Of a DNA stretch of 64,000 nt, positions 11,890 to 22,726 are shown in pieces (the stretch's first letter is position 1; each line of letters opens with the position of its first letter). Below the pieces are notes generated by a model that was not told the origin of the DNA, searched no databases, and worked only from the letters and a program-made list of their open reading frames with translations. The stretch covers positions 13,457,934 to 13,521,933 of the forward strand of contig OZ316899.1 in the NCBI GenBank assembly GCA_973895155.1, in the 5' to 3' direction. This DNA comes from Marsupella aquatica (taxonomy: Eukaryota > Plantae > Marchantiophyta). The position numbers and the translations under genes were made by a program.

Positions 11890-14800
11890 TGTGACGTCGC
11901 CGGTATGGTGGCTAATAAATGATTCGGCCTAACCACACTTAGCACATGCAGTAGAGGTATCTTATGCCGTAATTATTAGCATAACAACAGTATTTAGATA
12001 GCCATTATGAGTAGGAAATCATTAGTCAATAAGGGGCGTTCGTGTTCGGGCTGGCGGCGAGTCGCCATTCGCACGCCCGGGTTGCGAGCATGTAATGGGC
12101 CCTCCCCTTTCCCCCTCGAGTCCGTATAACAAACTTTGGGAGGCGGCCACTGACACGCGCTGACCCGGACTGGACACTGCAAGCGTGAAAGGCTTGGCCT
12201 ATAAGCGATGAGGAGGCAATGGGCGATCGACGAGCTCTCAAGGTATAAAAAGGGGGCCGTTCCTTTGCAGTGCACCAGTTCTTCAGTCCACGCGCGAGCT
12301 TCAACCCTAGTTCTCTCGCTTATCCTTAGTCGCCTTCCATCTCCTCTGAATGTTGCACACAATCCTTTCTAGTTCGGCCATACGATTCTGGACGCTGTTC
12401 CTGTCTATCGGAGGGCACTTGGCCAACTCGTTGAAACACGCCAACCCGCGACGATACCAGATCAAATGCGAGTACAAGAGAGCCATCCGCCTAGCAGGCC
12501 GCCATCACTATCTCCTTAGCTTTGATTACCCATCCCAGAGCAAGCTTTACCAACCCAAAGAAATATCAGGGTACTTCTTCAACGGAGGCAAATATATCGG
12601 CTTTTGGGAGACATTGCTTCAGCTCCCGGATGAGGTCTTCAATATCCCGAGCACAATCAACTTACAGCGGCACCACTTTGACCACATCCCCGCTTGGGTC
12701 TGGGACATCATCAACAGCAAGTCCAGCGCTACCCGATCTACAAGGGCATCTACACTTGCATCCGAAAACCTCTACCGGCACCTACAAAATTTCATGGCAA
12801 CTACACCATCGACCACCGGTGCCAGCCTAGCCATGCTTGTACCCGCACTAGTCCAGGCTCAGGCTCAACCTCAACCTCAACCTAGCCGATCCCCACCGCC
12901 GGTCGCCCCGCCAGTACAAGTACGCTCCATTGTCAAAGCTGTGGACCTCAGCGACGACGAAGACGATACCTTACCCCTGCTCAGGCGGCCTAGAGGAGCA
13001 ACCACCCAGGGAGCTGGCACTACATCGCCCCTTCCGCAGGCCCGGACCCGAGTAGCGGCTCCAGCAGATAACACGGTGACCGTAGCCTCCCCGGCCCCAA
13101 TACTAACGGCAGTGGCACTACCCATACCCGATCGGGAGGATGGGGAGGTGTCACCCTCCCCAAGCCATCACGGGAGTCAGTCTTGGGGAAAGAAGAGGAA
13201 GGAACCCATGGCCACGGTAGCCGCGGCCAAGGTAACAATGCACCACATGGGGGAAAACGTGCATAAGAACATCCTCCACCCCAAACATGTGGTGTACTTG
13301 AAGACTTAGGGGTTCGAGCACCTCGCCTCTCTCCCCTAGAACACCTGTAGATACTACGGGCAGGACATGACGGAGTTTGTCAAGAATTATGACGACGTCC
13401 GTCAGCATACTCGGCTGCGGGGGAGGAATATGTCCCTCATAGAGGAGCGGCTCAGGATGATCTTCGGGCTACCTGAGGGCGATCACCGAGTCAAATCACG
13501 GGCTCCCGGGGGCAAGGGAGCCAAGTACCAATCCTCGAGTTTTCCCTTTGAGGGGTCAGTGGACAACGGGTTCGTGATGACGACCTGCCTCATCCCCAAG
13601 ATAGCTGAGCGGCTAGAGTTCCAGAGGTACGCCCTCCACATGATGGAACCCCGAGGCGAGATCTCCGCTGCCTAGGTTATCCAGGTCGAGAACTATCGAC
13701 CTAGGAAGTGGGCTTTGTACTTCGCTAAGAAGTTCCATGAAGAGATGGAACGGCGAAGGAAGTCGCTATACATCGGCAGGAAGGCGTATTTTGCGAGCCA
13801 CATCAAGATCATTCTTGAGTGGTACACCCGATTTGATCGACAAACCCTTCCCCGGGTCAATGTAACTAAGTTGTTCCCGACTAAGTGGATATTCCCGGCC
13901 TTGGAGAGACGGCCTCAACCCGAGGCCCGAAGTCTGGCGGCGACGCAGGCCCTCACCCATCCAACCTCCACAGATAGCGGTAGCCATGGTCAAAGAAGTA
14001 CTGGAAGAGGCAATGATTGCAACCTTAGACGCGATCAACCAGGCCGGGCCTGGTGCAGAAGTTGGGGCGGTGGAGGCCTTGCCCGAGCCTGAGGGTCCAG
14101 AAGACCCACCAATGGCTATTCTAGAGGACAGCTTGATGGTGTAGGAGGACACTCCAACCCCTTCCAACACTACATCCCCAGGGCTGGATGTCACTACCCC
14201 GACTCCCACGCGAGTTAACATCTGCCCGTGCCCAACTCCAGACGGGCATAACCTGGACCACCGGGAACTCTTCGTACCGGGTACATTTGTAAATGGGCTT
14301 TTGGGAGATTTCTCCCAACAAATAGCCCGGGATACCGGGGAGTTCATGGCTCGGAAGGTAGCCTACTTCTTCAATCAGGAGTTGGTTACCGCAGTAAAGG
14401 TAGGTCGGGCTCAGTCGGAGGCCCTTCAGCGGATAGAGCGGTACCGGGTTGAGTCCGTGTACCTAAAGGATGGAGTTGCGGCTCAAGAGGCTGAGCTTCT
14501 GCAACTACGACCCAAGGTTGCAGCCGCCGATGAGTTGTTAGCAAATGCGCATGCCCTTACCGCCTTAGCCGAATAGGTCAAAGCCGGGAAGGAGGCCGAG
14601 ATTGCACGGCTCCGGACCCAGGTTGACAGTTTGAAGAACCAAACTGTCATCTGGCAGAAAGACCTAGAGGAGGCCGAAGAGTACGTGGGCTTAGCGTGAT
14701 ACTGCGGAGATTGCCACCCTACAGGCCAAAGTGGCACGGATTCAAGCCGAAGCCGAGAAATATACCCAAGTGGTGGACAAGCTGACAAGCAACACCAAGC

Positions 14801-15853
14801 AATTGGAAGAGGCATGCCAAGAGGCAGCTGAGGAGACAGACGCGATGAAGCGAGAAAATGAATCTCTGCTGGACCAAGTCCAGCTCCTCAAGGCGGACAA
14901 CGATAGACTCTGTAGGCAGCGGGATGGCTGCTCCCACTCGGACGGCTCTGGCAAGCGCACCAGACATTAGTGGAGGGTTAGGCTTAGAATAGACTTAGGA
15001 GTAGCTAAAATAGGCTGGTAGGACAAGTGTGGGCCAGAAGATAGCGGCGCTGACACATTAGCAGCCTGTGTAGAATAGGTTAGACTAATAGGACAAGCAG
15101 GCACTAGCTTAGCAAGGATATAAGTTAGCGTAGATTTGGGCACAAGGCCAGGCCGGTCCTCAGCCCTTAGTATTTAGCGGCCCCCTAGTAGAGGCAATGG
15201 GAGGGTGATTTTAGACTCAGAGGTTGGCCATTCGCAGTACGCGCGGGGAGTCCCGAACTCGGTGAAGTACCGGAGTGCCAAGGGGAGGGTATATGACTAA
15301 GCTCACTGGGCAAGTGCGGAGCCGGGCTCCGTTGTAGTGTATACTCCTTGGCCTTTGGGCCCGTTTGTTCACAAGGTGTCGGGTCAACCAATCGTAAAGT
15401 GTATGATCATAAATGAATGAAATCCTTTCTCCTTAATTCCTTCGTGTAAATCAAGATTTCTGTTATGTATGAATGCATGTATGAGTCTCATGTGCAAGTA
15501 TCAACGCCGGGCCGTACACGTTATGCCAACCGTGCACGGGGTGCCGGATATGGGTACGGGGTTGCGAGCCCGGGTTGAGCCCTTATACTAATGGATCCGG
15601 ATCAAAGGCGGTAACACAATGGCTTAGAAGTCCGTGAGCCGGGGTCGACCCCGTGTCGACTAAAGTACGTTCCGGCGGCGGAACACAAACTATACCTAGG
15701 AGGTGTTTGTACATAATAGTAAGCGCACTTAGCGCTAGTTTACGTGAGTTAGGAGCATTCTATGCGTCCCTCCCTGTCCGAACCCTCATATTTATGAAGG
15801 ATGTGTCTGTCTAAGCCAAAGCCCGGGTTAAGGCCTAGGCTGACAATGTGACA
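11890..15853 (+). mobile_element. Solo LTR (family A, 3964 bp)
   Basis: TGTGACG...TGTGACA termini. TSD AGGAG at 11885-11889 and 15854-15858. TATAAAA at 12244. Confidence 0.95.
12350..14970 (+). pseudogene. LTR-encoded protein, copy with multiple stops
   Basis: ORFs 12350-13309, 13367-13675, 13715-14092, 14301-14576 and 14731-14970 are colinear with 19056-21704. Confidence 0.9.
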
Positions 15854-15990
15854 AGGAGTAGGTTAGTTGACCAAATGATTACAACTTAAGGAAGGGGATT
15901 ATTACGCTCGACCGAGGTACGGTGGCTGCGGCGAAGTAAAAATCCGTTAGGAGATCATGCTTGGACCGAGACGCCAACTTCAGCTCATTA

Positions 15991-17908
15991 ATGACCAAAA
16001 TGGCCTTGCCCTCTCACGCTCGAGCTCACCCTGGCACCCCCCATAAGAGTGGAGTCGATGGCGCTGCAGGCCATTTGCTCATTTCTACCTTTTGGAATTT
16101 GCGGACGCTGCCATTCACTCTCGCCTTTTGCTCAAATCAAGCTGACCTTTACGAGGAGATTATCAAGGGATAAGAGCGGATTGTGGCGAGATTTAGTCAG
16201 GGCGAGTAAGGCCGCCACCAGCAAAAGGAACTGTCGGGCGGGAACGCGGACTCAACGAACCAGACTACAAAGGTTAGTATGACCCTTACAGCCTTGGGAT
16301 TTTGGACCTTGTTTGGCGAGGTAGGTGCTAAGTTCTCCGAGACTTACTGGTACTCTTGCCCCAAGAAAGCTGCTTACGAACAAAGATACGCAAAGTTGGT
16401 GGCCAAGGTAGCACAGGTTAACTGTGAGAAGACGGCCATCACCAGGGATCCCAGTTACAACGAGCTGCGGGATTACATCACCGAGCTATATATCAGCGAG
16501 GAGGGGTTTAGATCAGTGGAGCATCAGTTGGGACAGATCTTCTGTCTGCCAACCGGGCCGGTGACGGTTGAACTCCAAATTTGGGATAAGGAGTATACAC
16601 CTTGGCACTTCAAACCCGAGGGTAAGACAAACAACGGATACAAGTAGGGGTCGTGCACCGATTTAATCTGTATGGAGCGGCTTAACTTCATATGGACTAC
16701 CCTACACATGATTGAGCCACGATCCAAGATCTCCCTCTGCACGATCGTACAGGTGGAACAGTACAAACGGCGGAACTAGGCCCAATTCTTTTACCGTAGG
16801 TTCTCGGGGGAGCTTAAGCAGGCTCAAGGAGGTATGGCTATCGGGGGGAAGACTTACCTGGGAAGTCATATCGCCATCATCCTCGCCTCGTACAAGGCAC
16901 GGCGGGAGGCCAGGGGAAAGAATATGGCCACCTCAGCCCCGACTAATGTCACCCCCGCTATGGAGGAGGCTACCTCGAGCGAGCGGACTACCATGCCTCA
17001 GGCAAACCCCGAGCCCGCGGCCCCAACTAATACTCCGTCACCTCCTCCTATTGAAATTCTGCCACCCCCTTCCGTCGAACCTCCGCTACCCCCGGTTCAA
17101 CCACCCCCAATCCCTCAACCGCCTGAAGAAACCTTTCCCTCCCCTTTGCAGACTACGGAGGAGCTCGCCGCCCCGCCCGAGGAACCACCAGTGCCCGAGA
17201 GGATGGAGGACTACCAAGTAGCCCCAGGGACCATGGCCTACAACCTGGTCCAGAAGTTTAGCCAGACTATGTCAGGGGAGTTGGCAACGTACATCGGGCA
17301 ACAGGTTTCGTCGTACTTTCAACCAGCCTTCTTCATGTTGGAGCACCAACCACGGATCGTAAGCCGCTTGGAGGAAGAACTCATGGCAAAGGGGAACGAG
17401 ATCGGGTGCCTCCAAATGCTGGTAGAACACCTCGAGGAGGAGGCCACTACCCGCCGTGAGGAGTTAGTCCGCACCGTTGAACAGCGGGACGGACTAACCC
17501 AGGAGTTGAGTGGGGTGCAAATGGATCTCAAGAAGCTGAACAACACCGTGCTTCAGTTGCGCTCAGAATCCTCAGCTCGGGAGCCTGACCAACCTCAACA
17601 ACCAATTCCTGCAGGCAGCTCAGCAGGTGGCTTGTCTCTCCGCCAAACGGGATAAATTGCTGGCGTAGGACCATACCCATTGTGACTCCATTAACCAGCT
17701 CAACCTGGAGGTAGCATGGCTCCATGCAGAGGCCGATGAGGTGGCAAACAAGGCAGAGGAGGCGGTACGAGATAACAAAGCCTTGCAGGACCGCGTTACC
17801 CTACTCGTCCTCCAGCGGGCAAGACCTGGGCCCGCCTCTGATCAAGGCAGCTCAAGGTCTTGCCCCGACAAGGGGACAAACCCTGGTCCAACCACAACAC
17901 ACACGTAA
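15991..17908 (+). pseudogene. Family-B LTR-encoded protein (~640 codons), divergent homologue of the family-A LTR ORF
   Basis: IFCLPTG, NNGY, ERLNFIWTTLHMIEPRSKIS, IGGKTYLGSHIAIIL, VAPGTM...FSQ and EADEVANKAEEAVRDNKALQDRVTLL align with the family-A motifs. Several in-frame stops and a frameshift near 17585. Confidence 0.8.
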
Positions 17909-18947
17909 GGGGTGGTTAGCAAAGGGTGGGAGCAGGCGCCACACGAGGCAGTTGAGTCAGCAGCATCTTTTTGATTAGGCTTAACAATAGAATAGCTGTC
18001 ATTAGGTGTCGATTAGCGGCACAGTAGGAAGAATTAGGACAAGATCAGTTAGGATCAGCCAACATAGGATAGAGTCCATCAACGGACTAGATTTTGGTCA
18101 GTAGACTTAGCTACTGCCACCCCGGTCAGCGCCCTTGCCGCCGACGGTCAACCGGTTAGAGGAGTGCGGCCAGTTAGTCAGAAGGTAGTTAGTCAGTAGG
18201 CATTATCCCGAAAGGTAGTATCTTCCGGTTCCTTTCCACAACCGTAGTATTTAGGCCCTTCGCTGTGGGAGGGGGAGAAGGCTTAGTTATCTCAACGCAA
18301 GAAAAGGCGAGGCACAGGGAGTCCCGGCCTGAGCAGGGTCAGAGTGCACTACAGAGTGAGAGCCAGAGTCGAGCTTGCTGGGCAAGCGCGGGGCGGGGCC
18401 TCGTAGAGACTGAGCATCGACTATCGTTGGGCCCGCTGACCTCCTTAGAAGTCGAGTCAATTATGTAAACTGATTCTTTGCTGAGTAAATGTAGTCTTTT
18501 CCCTCTGATTCTATCGCGTGTAGTTGGTGTTGTGTGTATGTTTTGTCTGGGCAAAGGCGCCATTTCAAGGGACGTACTGGGTGTGGAGTTGTGACGCCGC
18601 CGGTACGGCGGTTAATGAGTGATTCAGTCTAACTGCGCTCGGCACGCGCGTTAGGTGGGTCTTAGGCCGCTATTATTAGCATAACGACAGTATTTAGGTA
18701 ATCATTAGGGGTAGGACATCATTAGGCAATAAGGGGGACTTCAGGTTCGGGCTGGCGGCGGGTCGCTATTCGCACACCCGGGTTACGAGCGTGGAGGGGC
18801 CCCTCCCTCGGGTCCGTATAACGAACTTAAGGAAGCGGCCACTGACGCACGCTGACTCAGACCGGCGGAGTGGCCGGTACACCACAAGCGTGAGCGGTTC
18901 AACCTATGGGCGTCGAGGAGACGTCGGGGATCGACAAGCCCTCAAAG

Positions 18948-18954
18948 TATAAAA
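18948..18954 (+). promoter_or_regulatory. TATA box of LTR promoter
   Basis: TATAAAA followed by a G-run and then a CT-rich leader, 108 bp upstream of the ORF ATG. Conserved at 12244, 29049 and 61810. Confidence 0.65.
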
Positions 18955-19055
18955 GGGGAGCCAACCCTTTGTAGTGCACCAGTCCATCAGTCCGCGCGCC
19001 AGCTTCGACCCCAGCTCTCTCGTTCTCTCTAGGTCGCCACTACTATCTCCTCTGA

Positions 19056-21704
19056 ATGTCGCACACGATCCTCTCCAGCTCGGCCATTCGATTCTGGACG
19101 CAGTTCCTATCTACCGGAAGGCACTTGGCCGATTCATTGAAACACGCCAACCCGCGCCGATACGAGATCGAACGCGAATACGAGAGAGCCATCCGCCTAG
19201 CAGGACGACACCACTACGTCCTTAACTTTGACTACCCGTCTCAGAGCGAGTTTTACTGACCAACTGAGGTATCTGGGTACTTCTTCAACGGAGACAAATA
19301 TATCGGGTTCTGGGAAGCATTGCTTCGGCTTCCGGACGAGGTCTTCAATATCCCGGGTACAATCGACCTGCAGCGACATCACTTCGACCACATCCCTGCC
19401 CAGGTTCGGGCTGTCATTAACGGCGAGTCCAGAACCAACCGTTCGACAAGGGCGTCCGCACTCGCTTCGGAGAACTTCTACCAGCACCTGCAGAGCTTCA
19501 TGGGAACTCGGCCATCAACCAACATGACCAACTCAGCCGGACCTGTACCCGTACCCGTACCCGTGCCCATGCAACCCCAGCCTCAACTTCAGCTTCAGCC
19601 TCAGCCGCAGCCTAGCCAAACCCCACCACCTATCACCCAGCCAGCACAGGTACGCTCCATCATCAACGCTGTGGATCTTAGCGATGACGACGAGGCTACC
19701 CCACCCTTGACCAGGCGGCCCAGAGGAACAAGCGCGCGGGGGGCCGATACTATATCGTCCCCACCCCCTGCTCTGACCCCAGGAGCGGCCCCAGCAGACA
19801 ACATAGTGACCGTGGCCGCCCCGGGCCCGTTACCAACCGCAGTGGCACTCCCCAGGCCCGATCGGGAGGATGGGGAAGTATCACCTTCCCCGAGTCAGTC
19901 ACGGGGAAAGAAGAGGAAGGAATCCGCCACTGCATCCGGGTTACCGTTGGCCACGGTAGCCGTAGCCAAGGTGACGATGCATCGCATGGGGAAAAACGTT
20001 CATAGCAACATCCTCCATCCCAAGCATGCGGTGTACCTGAAGACTCAGGGATTTGAGCACCTCACCTCTCTCCCCTGGAACACTTGCAGGTACTACGGGG
20101 AGGACATGACAGAATTCGTCAAGAATTATGACGACGTACGTCAACAGACTCGGCTGCGGGGAAGGAATATGTCCCTCACAGAAGAACGGCTCAAGATGAT
20201 CTTCGGGTTACCCGAAGGTGACCATCGAGTCGAATCACGGGCTCCCGGGGGCAAGGGGGCCAAGTACCAATCTTCAAGTTTTCCCTCAGAGGGATCAGTA
20301 GACAACGGGTTCGTGATGAGGACCTGCCTCATGCCCGAGATAGCTGAGCGGCTGGAGTTCCAGAGGTACGCTCTCCACATGATGGAACCCCGGGGGGAGA
20401 TCTCCGCCGCCCAGGTTATCCAGGTCGAGAACTATCGACCTAGGAAATGGGCGTCGTACTTCGCTAAGAAATTCCATGAAGAGATGGAGCGGCGAAGGAA
20501 GACGCTGTACATTGGCGGGAAGGCGTATTTCGCTAGCCATATCGAAATCATTCTTGAGTGGTACGCCCGGTTTGATCGACGAACCCTTCCCCGCATCAAC
20601 GTTACAAAGCTGGTCCCAGCTAGGTGGGTTTTTCCGGCATTGGAGAGACGGCCCCAACCCGAGGCCCGAAGTCCAGTGGACACGCCAGCTTCACCCACCC
20701 CACCTCCACAAATAGCTGTAATCGTAACCGAGGAGGCACCGGAGGGGTCGGTCGTCGCAACCGTTGATGCGACCCAACTAGCCGGGCTAAGTACAGAAGT
20801 TGGTACAATAGAGGTCTTACCCGAACCCGGGTCTCCCAAGGACCCGCCGGTGGCAATTCCGGAGAACCGGACATCGCTGCAGGAGGACACTCCAGCCCCT
20901 TCCAACGTTATGTCCCCAGGGCTGGACGTCACTGCCCCGGCCCCTGCGCGTGTTGATGTCTGCCCGTGCCCAAATCCGGACAGGCACAACTTGGACCACC
21001 CGGAACTCTTCGTAGAGGGTACGTTTCTGAACGGGCTTCTGGGAGATTTCTCTCATCAAATTGCCCAGGATACCGGGGAGTTCATGGCCCGGAAGGTAGC
21101 CTGTTTCTTCAATCAGGAGTTGGTTGCCGCCGTAAAGGCAGGTCGGGCCCAGTCGGAGGCCCTTCAGAGGATAGAGCGGTACCGGGTGGAGTCCGTGTAC
21201 CTAAAGAACGAAGTGGCGGCTCAAGAGGCTGAGCTTCTGCAACTACGACCCAAGGTTGCAGCCGCCGATGAGTTGTTAGCAAAGGCGTACGCTCTTACCG
21301 CCCTAGCCGAACAGGCCAAAGCTGGGAACGAGGTCGAGATTACACGACTCCGGAACCAGATTGACAGTTTGAAGAAACAAGCTGTCACCTGGCAGAAAGA
21401 CCTGGAGGAGGCCGAGGAGCGAGCCCAGCGGGACGTGACGGAGATAGTCACGCTGCAGGCCGAGATGGCGCGGCTCCAAACCGAGGCCGAGAAGCAGGAC
21501 CAGCTGGCGAGTAAACTGACGAGCGACGCCCAGCAGCTGGAGGAGGCATGTCAGGAGGCAGCAGAGGAGACGGACGCGGCGAGGCGAGAGAACGAATCTC
21601 TGCTGGACCAGGTCCAGCTCCTCAAAGCGGACAATGACAGGCTTCGAAGGCAGCGGGATGGCCGTTCCCATTCGGGCGGCTCTGGCAAGCGTGCCAGGCA
21701 TTAG
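19056..21704 (+). CDS. LTR-encoded 882-codon protein (N-terminal domain, P/Q-rich linker, PMD/Athila-ORF-like core, coiled coil, C-terminal KRARH); one CGA>TGA stop at 19257
   Basis: ORFs 19056-19259 and 19320-21704 are in the same frame. The 3' LTR and 61918 copies have CGA at that codon. Confidence 0.85.
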
Positions 21705-22615
21705 CGGCGGAGTAGGAATAGATTAGGATTAGGATTGGCTTAGTCAGGCTCTTGGGACAGGCACCTACCTTAGGTACAGCAGCGCTGCCCTGCTGTCCAG
21801 CCTGCGTAGATTAGGATCTTCTAATAAGACACAGCCGTTTTCCGGCCTGACTGTCAGCTTAGTTAGGACCTTAGTCAGCGAATCTTCGGCGAGAGGACAC
21901 CCCGTTCCTCGGCTCTTAGTATTTAGTGCACCCCTCGGTAGAGGCAAGGGGGGGGTTTTTAGTTTCAGAGTCGAACATCCGCGGGACATGCGGGGAGTCC
22001 CGACCTCTGGGAATGACAGAGTACCAAGGGGAGGGGGTAGGACTAAGCTCGCCGGGCGAGTGCGGAGCCGGGCTCCGTTGTAGTGTGCACCCTCGGCCTT
22101 GAACCTGTGCATTCCAGGGCTGTCGTGTCAACTAAGTGTACGCATATGTTCCCTTTGTAGTAAAATCCTTTCCCATCATTTTCCTTCGTGTAAATCGAGA
22201 TTGTATGCATGTGTGCGCATATGTGTGTGGGCTTCTCGTATATGGGTGGCAGCGCCAGGCCGAACGCACTACCCGAGACGTGCACAGGGTGCAGCCTGCG
22301 GGTAAGTGGTTGCGAGCACGGGTTGAGGACCTGTATCATCGAATCCGGATCGAAGGCGGACAGCACGAAGGCTTAGAAGCCCTTAAGCCGGGGTCGATCC
22401 TGCTATCGACTAAGGTACGTTCCGGCGGCGGAACACAAACCATACCTAGGAGGTGTCCGTATTTAGCAATATGCGCACTTAGCGCTAGTTTACGAGAATA
22501 AGGTGCATTACGTGCTTCCCTTCCTGCCCGAACCCTTAGATTTACGAGGGATGTGCCCGTCTAAGCTGAAGTCTGAGTTAAGGCCGAAGCCTACGACGTG
22601 ACATAGCCTTTGTTT

Positions 22616-22633
22616 TGGCGCTAGATGGAGGGG
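22616..22633 (+). other. Primer-binding site, probably tRNA-Asn
   Basis: TGGCGCTAGATGGAGGGG matches the complement of the plant tRNA-Asn(GTT) 3' end as I recall it (TGGCGCTAGAAGGAGGGG), 1 mismatch. Lies 12 nt after the LTR. Confidence 0.7.
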
Positions 22634-22726
22634 GCACTCTACATATCGTAGAGGGGAGACATGTGCGTATTCACCTAGGCAGGATACATCAGGACGTAGT
22701 ACTAACCATTGCATTTATATGAGTAA

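Larger units (their letters stand above)
18590..22603 (+). repeat. 5' LTR (4014 bp)
   Basis: TGTGACGCC...CGTGACA. Direct repeat of 28691-32695. Confidence 0.97.

Noticed and set aside
19056-21704. env gene or captured host myosin/SMC-like gene
   Set aside because: No signal peptide or transmembrane segment and no introns. The coiled-coil similarity is generic, and every homologue here is LTR-associated.
21765-22501. Short ORFs in the LTR 3' region (115, 107, 121 aa) and antisense ORFs over the LTR gene
   Set aside because: Present only in the near-identical young LTRs and not preserved in diverged solo LTRs; treated as shadow ORFs.
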